64,000 bases of DNA from an uncultured Mycoplasmatota bacterium (GCA_900551455.1 URVV01000002.1:24290-88289); one strand, 5' to 3'. Shown: positions 41,046 to 50,053, numbered from the stretch's first letter. Numbers and translations are program-made. The notes: generated from the letters alone by a model not told the origin.

Positions 41046-42233
41046 TCATTTTAATATGTTATTAATTGTTTTTGCTACTAGTTTTGCATCATATTCAGTG
41101 ATTAGTAATTTTCTACCATTCTCACCCATTTTTTTACGTAAACTCTTGTTTGCAATTAATTGATTAAATTTAATATCAAAATTCTTAATGCTTGAAGACT
41201 CACACCAAAAACCACAATTATTATCTGTTAGTATTTCTTTTAAATCTGTATTCTTATCAGTAGCTGCCATTATCGGTATACTATACTCTAAATATGATAG
41301 CATTCTTGATGGTATATTTGGAATTGTAAATCTTGAATCAAGAAATATAAGACCAATATCTACGTCATTTAATAGTTTTGAATACTCAGTAGTTGTCAAG
41401 TAATCTAATGCTATTACATTATTAAAATCATTTTCATTAATATAATTATAAAATTGATTTTTTTCGGTTCCTTTACCAGCAAAAATAAAATAAATATCTT
41501 TTCTGTTTTTATAATTATGTATTACTTTCTTTATAAAGTCTACTCCTTGTGGCTTTCCAAAATTACCTCCATAGAGTGCAAGAACGCTATTTTTAGGTAT
41601 ATTATATTTTTTTCTAATATTATATGTTCCTTTTTCAACATCTTTAATTCTTATTGCATTTGGCAGTAAAAATAGTTTATTGTTTTTTAATTTTGGATTA
41701 TGTGATATTATATAATCAATATTTCCTTTTGACATACATCCAATATAGTCTGATACAGCATATAGTTTTTTTTCTTTTTGTCTGAATATATAATATGGTA
41801 AGGATTTTTTCTTTATTATATTTATATCTACGGCATTATCTGGAAATATATCTTTTTGCATTAAAAGTGTTTTACATTTATAATTTCTTTTTAATATTTT
41901 TATGACACTTACAATAGTCACTGGTGGTGCAGTATAAATTATTAGATCATATTTTTCTTTTTTTAAATATTTATTTACACTTTTTATAATGTGATATGGT
42001 AATATCAAATAAGAAATTGCTTTTTTAATTACATTTACATTAAATATCTTTCCTGTTTTTACTCTAATAACTCTCATTTTTCTTTCGATACTACAATTTG
42101 TTTTTTGAACATTTCCGTTTGTTACTATGACATCAACGGCGTTGTCAAGTGATAATTCTTCTGCTAAATCGGTATATATGTTGTTGCCATCTTTTTCTAA
42201 TGGAAAATTTATTGTTAAATATAATATTTTCAT
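41046..42233 (-). CDS. GT4 glycosyltransferase, WbuB-like (candidate L-FucNAc transferase)
   Basis: The N-terminus MKILYLTINFPLEKDGNNIYTDLAEEL and the overall layout resemble WbuB/Cap5L-type enzymes, which accompany fnlABC. The substrate is inferred. Confidence 0.6.
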   Translation of the reverse strand: MKILYLTINFPLEKDGNNIYTDLAEELSLDNAVDVIVTNGNVQKTNCSIERKMRVIRVKTGKIFNVNVIKKAISYLILPYHIIKSVNKYLKKEKYDLIIYTAPPVTIVSVIKILKRNYKCKTLLMQKDIFPDNAVDINIIKKKSLPYYIFRQKEKKLYAVSDYIGCMSKGNIDYIISHNPKLKNNKLFLLPNAIRIKDVEKGTYNIRKKYNIPKNSVLALYGGNFGKPQGVDFIKKVIHNYKNRKDIYFIFAGKGTEKNQFYNYINENDFNNVIALDYLTTTEYSKLLNDVDIGLIFLDSRFTIPNIPSRMLSYLEYSIPIMAATDKNTDLKEILTDNNCGFWCESSSIKNFDIKFNQLIANKSLRKKMGENGRKLLITEYDAKLVAKTINNILK

Positions 42234-42239
42234 TTTATG

Positions 42240-42956
42240 TCACCTATTCCAATAATGATATATTGAATTGTACTGTACTACATTAAATCCATTCTTTAGA
42301 TAAAACTTTTGTGCAACAAGGTTATTTAGCTGAGTACCAACTATAATTTTTTGGATGTTATTTGTTGTGCAAAATGAACTTAGTCCATCAATAAGTTTAC
42401 TACCGACACCTTTTCCACTTTCTTCACTGTCTACGGCAATTAACTCAATTGTTGCTATACTATCTTTTATATTAAATAATAAAAAGCCTTTATCTTGATA
42501 TAAACAAAAATATTTATTTTTGTTGTTAAATGAATTTTTGACCCAATTCCAATAAATATTCTTTGATTTTGTATTTTCTAAATACTTATCATTTAAAAAT
42601 CTAGAGTATTTAAATGAGTTTTTTGCAATATTTAATATTTTTTCATTTTCTTCATAATTATTCACTATTTTAACTTTTTTATCTACTGTCTTATTTTCTT
42701 TATTCTCTATTTTTCTTTCAAAGCAAACATTAACATCTGCTAAGAAACAATTTGATAGCATTCTTAAAAGATAATTATTTATATCATTGTTGTTGTAATT
42801 ATATATTGTAATAAACTTATATTTTTTAGTTTTATCTAATATCTCATTTATGTTTTTTAACTTAGCATATAAGTTTATTCTATATGATGGAATATTGAAA
42901 TAATTACTATCCCACTTTAGTTCATAAAATTCATTTTTTTTCAATATAAACACCAT
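42240..42956 (-). CDS. WecD-like GNAT N-acetyltransferase for a 4-amino-4,6-dideoxy sugar
   Basis: N-terminal WDSNYFNI (compare the WecD W-x-x-x-FFG pattern), then SRF. The GNAT core is IAVDSEESGKGVGSKLI...VGTQLNNLVAQKFYLKNGF. Confidence 0.6.
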   Translation of the reverse strand: MVFILKKNEFYELKWDSNYFNIPSYRINLYAKLKNINEILDKTKKYKFITIYNYNNNDINNYLLRMLSNCFLADVNVCFERKIENKENKTVDKKVKIVNNYEENEKILNIAKNSFKYSRFLNDKYLENTKSKNIYWNWVKNSFNNKNKYFCLYQDKGFLLFNIKDSIATIELIAVDSEESGKGVGSKLIDGLSSFCTTNNIQKIIVGTQLNNLVAQKFYLKNGFNVVQYNSIYHYWNR

Positions 42957-43524
42957 CTTTTCTTATGACCATTTTAATTGTATTATATAGTATCTTCAAA
43001 TCTAGTATAAAACTTAGATTTTCAACATAATATACATCATTTTTTAATCTTTTTTTCCAAGTAATTGAATTTCTAAAATATGCTTGGTTATAGCCAGTTA
43101 TTCCAGGCGATACTAATAGTTTCTTTCTTTCTTTCTTGGTGTATAAATTAATGTGTTCTGGTAAGTCTGGTCTAGGTCCAACTAGACTCATATCGCCTTT
43201 TATGACATTAATTATCTGCGGTAGTTCATCAATACTTGTTTTTCTTAATATTTTACCAATTTTTGTTAATCGAGGATCATTTTCACCATTAAATGTAGAA
43301 CCATCTTTATTTCTTATGTCTTTTGAATTAACTTTCATAGTTCTAAATTTATACATTTTAAATATTTTACCATTTTTCCCTAATCTTTCTCCATTATAAA
43401 AAATTGGTCCTTTATCATCAAAAAAAATTAATAGTGCTACGGGTATTCCTATAACTACAATAATTGGAATTAGGATAATTGATAATAGTAGATCAAGTAT
43501 TCTTTTTAAAAATAATTTATACAT
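42931..43524 (-). CDS. Small monotopic phosphoglycosyl transferase (PglC/WbaP-C-terminal type), priming enzyme
   Basis: 197 aa with one N-terminal re-entrant helix. YKFRTM and DELPQIINVIKGDMSLVGPRP are present. Confidence 0.85.
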   Translation of the reverse strand: MYKLFLKRILDLLLSIILIPIIVVIGIPVALLIFFDDKGPIFYNGERLGKNGKIFKMYKFRTMKVNSKDIRNKDGSTFNGENDPRLTKIGKILRKTSIDELPQIINVIKGDMSLVGPRPDLPEHINLYTKKERKKLLVSPGITGYNQAYFRNSITWKKRLKNDVYYVENLSFILDLKILYNTIKMVIRKDGVYIEKK

Positions 43525-44736
43525 TTACTTTTTACCGATTATTTCATTATATATTGCACATATATATTTAATACTTTTTGTAGTTAGTAGGGTGTGTAAT
43601 GGTAGAGTAATCTCATTTTTATACAGGTTGTGAGCGTTAGGATAGTCAGCAATATTGAATCCTAGGTTTTTATATGCTGTATGCATTGGTAAAGGTTTGT
43701 AATGAACATTTGATGAAATGCCGTGTTCGGCTAATTTAATAATTATTTCATTTCTTTCTTGTTCAGTGATTCCCTTTACTCTGGTTAATAGTAGATGTCC
43801 ACTTGAATTGCTATTTGGTTTATAATGCTTAATTATTTCTATTTTTTCTTTATTAAGCAATGACTCATATAATTCAATAAATTTTTTTCTTTTTTTTAAG
43901 AGTGAGGGGTATCTTTTCAATTGGGCTAATCCTATTGCAGCCATTATATCGGTCATATTACATTTATAAGCAGGAGAGATAATGTCATATTCCCAAGCTC
44001 CTAATTTTGTCTTTGCTAAAGCGTCTTTTGATTGACCATGTAGGGATATTAGCATAAACTGTTTGTATAACCATTCGTTGTCTAAGCCTTTGATATTTTT
44101 CCAGGTGACTGCTCCGCCTTCTGCAGTAGTTAGGTTTTTAACAGCGTGAAAAGAAAAACTTGTAAAGTCAGCAACACTTCCTGAGGGTTGTCCTTTGTAT
44201 GTGGCTCCAAATGAGTGAGCGGCATCTGCACATACTATGATTCTTCCATATAATTTTTGAATATCATTATTAGGAGTAAATAGAGCTTTCTTTTTTTCAA
44301 TAATTGTAAATATTTTATCGTAGTCACACATTACTCCAGCAATATCTACAGGGATTATAGCTTTGGTTTTTTCGGTGATGGCATCTTCTAATTTGTTATA
44401 ATCCATTTCATAGGAGTCTTTTTGAGTGTCTACTAAAACAATTTTTGCTCCGATGTGATTTATGACACTGGCACTAGCAGTATAAGTATATGCTGATGTA
44501 ATTACTTCATCGCCAGGTCCAATTCCTAATAGTCTTAGAGTCATTTCCTGACAAGCGGTTTGAGAATTTAAACAAACTGCTTTATCGGTGTGACAAAATT
44601 TGGCAATTCTTTTTTCGAATTCTTTAGTTTTAGGGCCTGTTGTAATCCAACCTGATTTTAGTGTATCTACTACTTCATTAATTTCTTTGTCAGTAATATC
44701 CGGTGGGGAAAAAGGTATATTTTTTTGCTTCTTCAT
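43525..44736 (-). CDS. DegT/DnrJ/EryC1/PglE-type PLP-dependent sugar aminotransferase
   Basis: NIPFSPPDITDKEINEV, SGWITTGPK, and SFHAVKNLT carrying the PLP lysine. Confidence 0.85.
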   Translation of the reverse strand: MKKQKNIPFSPPDITDKEINEVVDTLKSGWITTGPKTKEFEKRIAKFCHTDKAVCLNSQTACQEMTLRLLGIGPGDEVITSAYTYTASASVINHIGAKIVLVDTQKDSYEMDYNKLEDAITEKTKAIIPVDIAGVMCDYDKIFTIIEKKKALFTPNNDIQKLYGRIIVCADAAHSFGATYKGQPSGSVADFTSFSFHAVKNLTTAEGGAVTWKNIKGLDNEWLYKQFMLISLHGQSKDALAKTKLGAWEYDIISPAYKCNMTDIMAAIGLAQLKRYPSLLKKRKKFIELYESLLNKEKIEIIKHYKPNSNSSGHLLLTRVKGITEQERNEIIIKLAEHGISSNVHYKPLPMHTAYKNLGFNIADYPNAHNLYKNEITLPLHTLLTTKSIKYICAIYNEIIGKK

Positions 44737-44737
44737 T

Positions 44738-46597
44738 TTATTCCTTCTCTCTTCTATCTATTTTATAAGTTTCTACTATTTTAGCAATTCTTTCTTTTAT
44801 ATCTTTATTATTTTTGTATGAATATTCAATTAATTTTTCTAAATCATTTAAGAATTTCTTTTCATTCATTTCAATTGGTTTACCAATATGGATTAGTTTA
44901 TTAGGAGTTTCTTTTAGTCCTTCTTCATCCATAAGTAATTCTTCATATAATTTTTCGCCTGGTCTTAAGCCTGTTATTTTGATAGGCATTTCGGTAAATG
45001 GTTCATAGCCTTTAAAACGAATTATTTTTTTTGCTAAGTCATATATTTTTATGGGTTTTCCCATATCTAAGACGAAGATTTCTCCACCTTCAGCATATAC
45101 AAAGGCTTGAAGGATTAGTGATACTGCTTCAGGAATTGTCATAAAGAATCTGGTAATATCTTTGTGAGTTACAGTTACTGGTCCGCCTTCTTCGATTTGC
45201 TTTAAAAATAGTGGGATGACGCTTCCATTTGACCCTAGGACGTTACCAAATCTTACAGCAACATAGTCGGTTTTTGATTTTTTGTTATAGGTTTGAATAA
45301 TCATTTCGCAAATTCTTTTAGTAGCTCCCATAACATTAGTTGGTCTTACGGCTTTATCTGATGAAATTAAAACAAATTTTTTGACTTTATAGATATCTGC
45401 TAATTTAACAACATTTAATGTTCCTAGGCAATTATTTTTTATGGCTTCGTTGGGACTGGCTTCCATTAAGGGAACGTGTTTATGAGCGGCAGCGTGAAAA
45501 ACATATTCTGGATGGTATTCTTTAAAAACACTTTCTACTCTGGCATAATCCCTAACAGAACCGATAATTGTTTTAAGATTTAACTTGGGATAATTTCTTA
45601 ATAACTCTTGTTCGATGTCATAGGCATTATTTTCATATATATCAAATATAATTAATTCTTCTGGTTGACATTTGGCAATTTGACGACATAATTCACTGCC
45701 GATGGATCCACCACCACCAGTTACTAGAATTACTTTGTTGCAAAGGCTTTTTGAAATTTCTTTTAAGTCTACGACAATTTCTTTTCTTCCTAAGAAGTCT
45801 TCATAAGACAATGGTCTTACTTTCTTCATCGTAGGCTTACCTACTAATTCATTTAATCCAGGAAGGGTTTTAATGGTACAATTTGTTTTTTGGCATTCAT
45901 CAATTATAATGTTTAAATTTTCTCTTCCGATGGAGGGCATTGCAATAATTATTTCTTCAATGTTATAATTTTCAACGGCTTTTTCAATATATTCTCGATT
46001 GCCAACAACAGGAATATTTTTGATATAGCTACCAATTTTATTTTTGTCGTCATCGATAATACAACAAATTTTATTGTTAAAATTTACTTTATTATTATAT
46101 ATTTCAGTGATAAGCATTCTTCCGGCTTCGCCAGCACCGATAATCATTGTGTTAGTTAAACCACTTTTTTCGTGGTAATAATCTTTTATTACTCTAGCAA
46201 TACGGTATGAATATCTAATTGCTCCGATAAAAATATATAGTAGGAATAGTTCAATTATATAGAAACTTCTTGGTAAGTTAACTTCTAATATTTGTTTATA
46301 TAGAAATGATATTATTTCATAGATACTACAGGAAATAATAATATTAATTGTTTCATTAATTGAAGCATATGACCACATACTTTTATATAATCTAAATATA
46401 GAGAAAATGCAAATTAGGATTAATGAATCTGTAAATAGATATTTATATATATTGTTAATATAATTTTGTTCTAAGTGAAAATCCAATCTAAGTGCTAACG
46501 CTAAAAAAGAACATAGTGTTAATGCTAAAACATCTAGTATTATAAACATTATTATTCTTATTCTTTTTTTATTTAAAAAATTTTTTAATTTAGCCAT
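44738..46597 (-). CDS. capD: CapD/PglF-type membrane-bound UDP-GlcNAc 4,6-dehydratase
   Basis: Four N-terminal TM segments and two Rossmann regions (IIGAGEAG; VTGGGGSIGSEL). AAHKHVPLME and MGATKR are also present. Confidence 0.85.
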   Translation of the reverse strand: MAKLKNFLNKKRIRIIMFIILDVLALTLCSFLALALRLDFHLEQNYINNIYKYLFTDSLILICIFSIFRLYKSMWSYASINETINIIISCSIYEIISFLYKQILEVNLPRSFYIIELFLLYIFIGAIRYSYRIARVIKDYYHEKSGLTNTMIIGAGEAGRMLITEIYNNKVNFNNKICCIIDDDKNKIGSYIKNIPVVGNREYIEKAVENYNIEEIIIAMPSIGRENLNIIIDECQKTNCTIKTLPGLNELVGKPTMKKVRPLSYEDFLGRKEIVVDLKEISKSLCNKVILVTGGGGSIGSELCRQIAKCQPEELIIFDIYENNAYDIEQELLRNYPKLNLKTIIGSVRDYARVESVFKEYHPEYVFHAAAHKHVPLMEASPNEAIKNNCLGTLNVVKLADIYKVKKFVLISSDKAVRPTNVMGATKRICEMIIQTYNKKSKTDYVAVRFGNVLGSNGSVIPLFLKQIEEGGPVTVTHKDITRFFMTIPEAVSLILQAFVYAEGGEIFVLDMGKPIKIYDLAKKIIRFKGYEPFTEMPIKITGLRPGEKLYEELLMDEEGLKETPNKLIHIGKPIEMNEKKFLNDLEKLIEYSYKNNKDIKERIAKIVETYKIDRREKE

Positions 46598-46610
46598 TGC
46601 AATTCAACCT

Positions 46611-47480
46611 TTACTTTCCTTTCTTTAATAGTAACAATCCTAATACTAGGAAAAATGTTAAAATTATTATTAATATTAACCAAGTCCCTTGATAATTATT
46701 TTTTTCTTTAAAAACATCATCATCTATTTTTACGTGTTCAACTTCTTTTAAAACTTCTACTTTTATAGTATATTCTTGGGTATGTTTTTCATCGTCAGTT
46801 ACTTTTATGGTTATTTTATTATCAGTTAATTCTGATATTTTTTGATTAGATACTTCTATTTTGTAATTATCTTTTATAGCAATAGGCTTTAGATCTAATT
46901 CTTGAATATCATTTTTAATAACTACTTTATACTCATAGACGTTATTTTCTAAGTTTATTTTTACTATTTTAGAATCGATGGATTTTAGGAGATTATAGTT
47001 TTTATCTTTATTATCATCTTTGGTGTCTTCCTTAGTTTCTTGCTTTGTGACAATACTTATTTCTATATTTTTACTGTTTAGTCTTATGGTTTTTCCTGAT
47101 TCGGTAATAGCAGTGGCATTTTGAAGATTAATTGTTCCGGATTTATCTTTGGGGTTACTTCTTGTACTGATAACAACTTGACCTAATAATACTTGCCCTT
47201 TAGCACTAGTACTAAGAGTTAATTTGTGATGAGGTCCATTTGGATTAGTATCAGTTATTCCACTGTTAGATTTAAAATTAGCGGGAATATCATATGTAGT
47301 AAAATATAAGTCAAATTCAACGGCAGTTATATTTTCTTCAACGTTAGCATATAATTCAACTCTTTTTTCCTGACTAATATTCATACTGATATTTTCTTCA
47401 TTTACTGTTAAGGCTAAAACATTATTAGAATTGATTGTTATAATTATAATAGCAAAAATTATTGTTAATAGTCTTTTCAT
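46611..47480 (-). CDS. Secreted, C-terminally anchored protein with beta-sandwich (cohesin/cadherin-like) repeats; first gene of the glycan operon
   Basis: It has a signal peptide and a C-terminal TM segment. An NYNLLKSI...EYKVVI...EYTIKV module resembles cadherin-like beta-sandwich domains. It lies 13 nt upstream of capD. Confidence 0.4.
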   Translation of the reverse strand: MKRLLTIIFAIIIITINSNNVLALTVNEENISMNISQEKRVELYANVEENITAVEFDLYFTTYDIPANFKSNSGITDTNPNGPHHKLTLSTSAKGQVLLGQVVISTRSNPKDKSGTINLQNATAITESGKTIRLNSKNIEISIVTKQETKEDTKDDNKDKNYNLLKSIDSKIVKINLENNVYEYKVVIKNDIQELDLKPIAIKDNYKIEVSNQKISELTDNKITIKVTDDEKHTQEYTIKVEVLKEVEHVKIDDDVFKEKNNYQGTWLILIIILTFFLVLGLLLLKKGK

Positions 47481-47504
47481 ATATAATCACTCTACCTAAA
47501 TATA

Positions 47505-47533
47505 ATTATAAACATTTAGTTAAAACTAGTCAA
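47505..47533 (-). promoter_or_regulatory. sigma-A type promoter of the glycan operon
   Basis: On the minus strand: TTGACT (47528-47533), 17-nt spacer, TATAAT (47505-47510), 25 nt upstream of the ATG at 47480. Confidence 0.55.
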
Positions 47534-47577
47534 GGCTAAATAAGAAAATTAGCGACATTTGTAAATTTAATATATGG

Positions 47578-47604
47578 AAAAACTAGGAATTTTTTCCTAG
47601 TTTT
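47578..47604 (-). terminator. Terminator after spoIVB
   Basis: Stem AAAACTAGGAA/TTCCTAGTTTT, 4-nt loop, overlapping the spoIVB stop. Confidence 0.55.
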
Positions 47605-48568
47605 CGGCTTCTTCTAACATATTGGTAATAAATATTCCATATCCTTTATTTGTCTTGTCTACTAGAACGTAGTTTACGGCACCAATTATATTATCATTTT
47701 GAATAATTGGACTACCACTCATACCTTGAACTATTCCACCAGTTTTTTCAAGTAAAGTTTTGTCGGTGATTTCAAATAAAATGTTTTTTGTTTTAGAATT
47801 GTCATTAATTTTTAGGATGTTAATATCAAATTCTTCTACTTTGCTTCCACTAATTGTAGTTAGAATTTTGGCACTACCTAATTTTATTTCGTTGGAGGTG
47901 ACAACTTTATATAATTTGGCAGTAGGGATTTCTTTTGTGTATGTACCAAATATTCCACTTTGGGTATTTTCTTTTACTTCACCAAAGACATTAGATGAGT
48001 CACTTCTGGCATTTTTTTCACCAGGTGAACCATCTTTACTTTTAGTAATTCCAGTGATGGTTGATTTAAAGATAGTACCATTTTTAGTACTAAATTTAGT
48101 TTTAGTAGTTTTTTCAATTATTTCGTGGCCTAGGGCACCGAAAGTTTTATTCTCTTTATCAATATAAGTAAGTGTAGCTACTCCTCTTATAGTGTCTTTT
48201 ATATATAATCCTGTTCGGTATTCATCATCTTCTTTATATAGTTTAATGTTTGCTTGATATTCTTTGTCATTTCTTATATAGGTTATAGTAACATTATCTT
48301 TGTTTATCTCATTAATTATTTTGCTAACATCTAAAACACTTGAGACGGATTGATTATTTATTTTGGTTATTTTATCACCTATTTTTAAATCTGTATCTTT
48401 TAAAATGTTATGAGTGCCAATATCATATGAACCTACGATTAGAACGTGATCGGCTTTTAATTCAATGCCAATACTTTCTCCGGAGGCAATAATATAATCA
48501 GAATATGCAAAGACGGATAAGGGAATAAATAAGTATAGAAGAAGTAATGAGAAAGTAAATTTCTTCAT
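47597..48568 (-). CDS. spoIVB: SpoIVB peptidase (S55 signalling serine protease)
   Basis: Signal/TM segment and a PDZ-like region (GDKITKINNQSV). The catalytic region reads GALGHEI ... GIVQGMSGSPII. Confidence 0.85.
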   Translation of the reverse strand: MKKFTFSLLLLYLFIPLSVFAYSDYIIASGESIGIELKADHVLIVGSYDIGTHNILKDTDLKIGDKITKINNQSVSSVLDVSKIINEINKDNVTITYIRNDKEYQANIKLYKEDDEYRTGLYIKDTIRGVATLTYIDKENKTFGALGHEIIEKTTKTKFSTKNGTIFKSTITGITKSKDGSPGEKNARSDSSNVFGEVKENTQSGIFGTYTKEIPTAKLYKVVTSNEIKLGSAKILTTISGSKVEEFDINILKINDNSKTKNILFEITDKTLLEKTGGIVQGMSGSPIIQNDNIIGAVNYVLVDKTNKGYGIFITNMLEEAEN

Positions 48569-48730
48569 AGTCTATCACTCCTTAAGACTACATTACTATT
48601 GTGGTTAATTAATTAAAAGTTATAAGATGTAAAAATTGGTGCACTTTAATAATATGGTTATTTAAATTTTTATTTATTTTTTTAATTTTTACTTTTACTA
48701 TTATTCTATTTTTTACAAAATTAAAAATAG

Positions 48731-48780
48731 AAACTACTAAGATAATCTATATTATTATTTTGGTAGTTTATTTGTTTTTT
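48731..48780 (+). repeat. 16-bp-stem hairpin plus T-run; copy A of a duplicated 27-nt sequence
   Basis: AAACTACTAAGATAAT / ATTATTTTGGTAGTTT (two G-U pairs on the plus strand), 7-nt loop, then ATTTGTTTTTT. 48739-48765 is 26/27 identical to 49327-49353. Confidence 0.6.
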
Positions 48781-48907
48781 ATAAGAATTATTTTGTTCTT
48801 TTTTGAGAATCTTCTTATAAAAGTATTACTACAAAAACTAATTTTTTCTTTTTATTATTATTCTTTTTTAGATAATAAAATATAAATTAATTCATAAAAT
48901 TAATTGG

Positions 48908-49269
48908 GTGATTATTTTGTTATATCCATTTATTTTAACTAGTTTAGCTGGTTTATCTACTTTACTTGGAACACTACCAATTTTTGTTAAAATTAAAGAT
49001 AGTAATAAGTTGATAGGTGCAGGTCTTTCTTTTGCTTCAGGTGTTATGATATGTATATCTATTATGGATTTAATACCAGAATCTATTAATTATTTGAGGG
49101 GTAATTTTAAGGGAATAGTAGTTATTTTACTGTCTTTTGTTACTCTTATATTAGGAATGGTTATTTCTTCTTTTATGGATAAGACAATTGATAAATTTAG
49201 TGAGGGAAATAGTTTATATAAGACTGGTATTTTATCAATGATAGCAATTATACTGCACAATATTCCGGA
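48908..49269 (+). pseudogene. zupT: zupT (ZIP-family zinc transporter), 5' fragment, interrupted after ...ILHNIPE
   Basis: The N-terminal 121 aa align with the ZupT N-half (TLLG..., GVMICISIMDLIPES, ILHNIPE). The ORF then reads 7 unrelated codons (DCISYVS) and stops at 49294. Confidence 0.8.
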
Positions 49270-49324
49270 AGATTGCATAAGTTATGTATCATAAAAAATA
49301 TAATATTGGTTAAAAATAAAAATC

Positions 49325-49360
49325 CCAAGATAATATATATTATTATTTTGGTATTTTTTT
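49325..49360. terminator. Bidirectional terminator downstream of the toxin gene; copy B of the duplicated 27-nt sequence
   Basis: Stem CCAAGATAAT/ATTATTTTGG, 7-nt loop, with T-runs on both strands. Confidence 0.6.
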
Positions 49361-49375
49361 CTCTAAATATAGGTT

Positions 49376-49846
49376 CTATTTTAATTCTTCAAGCATTTGC
49401 TTTTTAATTTTATCAATATCGGTAAAAAACAAATTTACACCTTTAGATTTTAATTTTAATAAATATTTAAAATTTTGTAGTATCTCATCTTTTAATGTTT
49501 CAACAACCTTAGCAGGTTTACCATTGTCAAGTAAATGTTCATGATCGATATATTTTTCTAAAGTAGGAAAAGCATTTTGTAATAAGACCACTGAATCTTT
49601 ACCTAAGATTTCTCTAATAAGTATAGTATCACAGCGACCATATTTTTTCATTTTATTATCTAAAATTTTTCTATATTTATCAACTTTACTACTTAATGGA
49701 ATAAACCATAATATATCTTTATCTTTAATAGTGAAATATGTTGGACGCTTTTTTCCACGTTCATGATTTGTCATTAAATTATCATCATTTACAACATCAA
49801 AATATTTATCTTTTATATGATATAAATAACCTGTTTTAATTTTCAT
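49376..49846 (-). CDS. Type III toxin-antitoxin system toxin (ToxN/AbiQ/CptN-superfamily endoribonuclease)
   Basis: 156 aa. The N-terminus YLYHIKDKYFDVVNDDNLMTN...RPTYF...ILWFIPLSSKVDKY resembles ToxN/AbiQ-like toxins (compare ToxN YLAPLTSPK). It follows the canonical promoter, tandem repeats and terminator layout. Confidence 0.7.
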   Translation of the reverse strand: MKIKTGYLYHIKDKYFDVVNDDNLMTNHERGKKRPTYFTIKDKDILWFIPLSSKVDKYRKILDNKMKKYGRCDTILIREILGKDSVVLLQNAFPTLEKYIDHEHLLDNGKPAKVVETLKDEILQNFKYLLKLKSKGVNLFFTDIDKIKKQMLEELK

Positions 49847-49880
49847 AGACTATCAACTCCGATAAATAGTATACCATATA

Positions 49881-49914
49881 TAAAAAGAAAACTCTATTAT
49901 ATTAACAGAGTTTT
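49881..49914 (-). terminator. Intra-operon terminator between the antitoxin repeats and the toxin gene
   Basis: On the minus strand, stem AAAACTCT/AGAGTTTT with an 11-nt loop, followed by CTTTTTA. This is the same position as the attenuating terminator in toxIN loci. Confidence 0.6.
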
Positions 49915-49918
49915 CAAA

Positions 49919-50023
49919 ACATTTTCGTTCGGGATAATTTATTACTCGCACCACCCGAGAGCGAGAAACATTGTCGCCCGGAATAATTTATTACTCGCAC
50001 CATCCGGGAGCGAGAACATTTTC
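49919..50023 (-). ncRNA. Type III antitoxin RNA: 2.1-2.2 tandem repeats of about 48-49 nt
   Basis: Unit starts (ACATT) at 49919, 49968 and 50016. The units are nearly identical, and every substitution inside the internal 6-bp helix is compensatory. Confidence 0.7.
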
Positions 50024-50053
50024 TTATCATTGCACTTCTTCAAATGCAATAAT

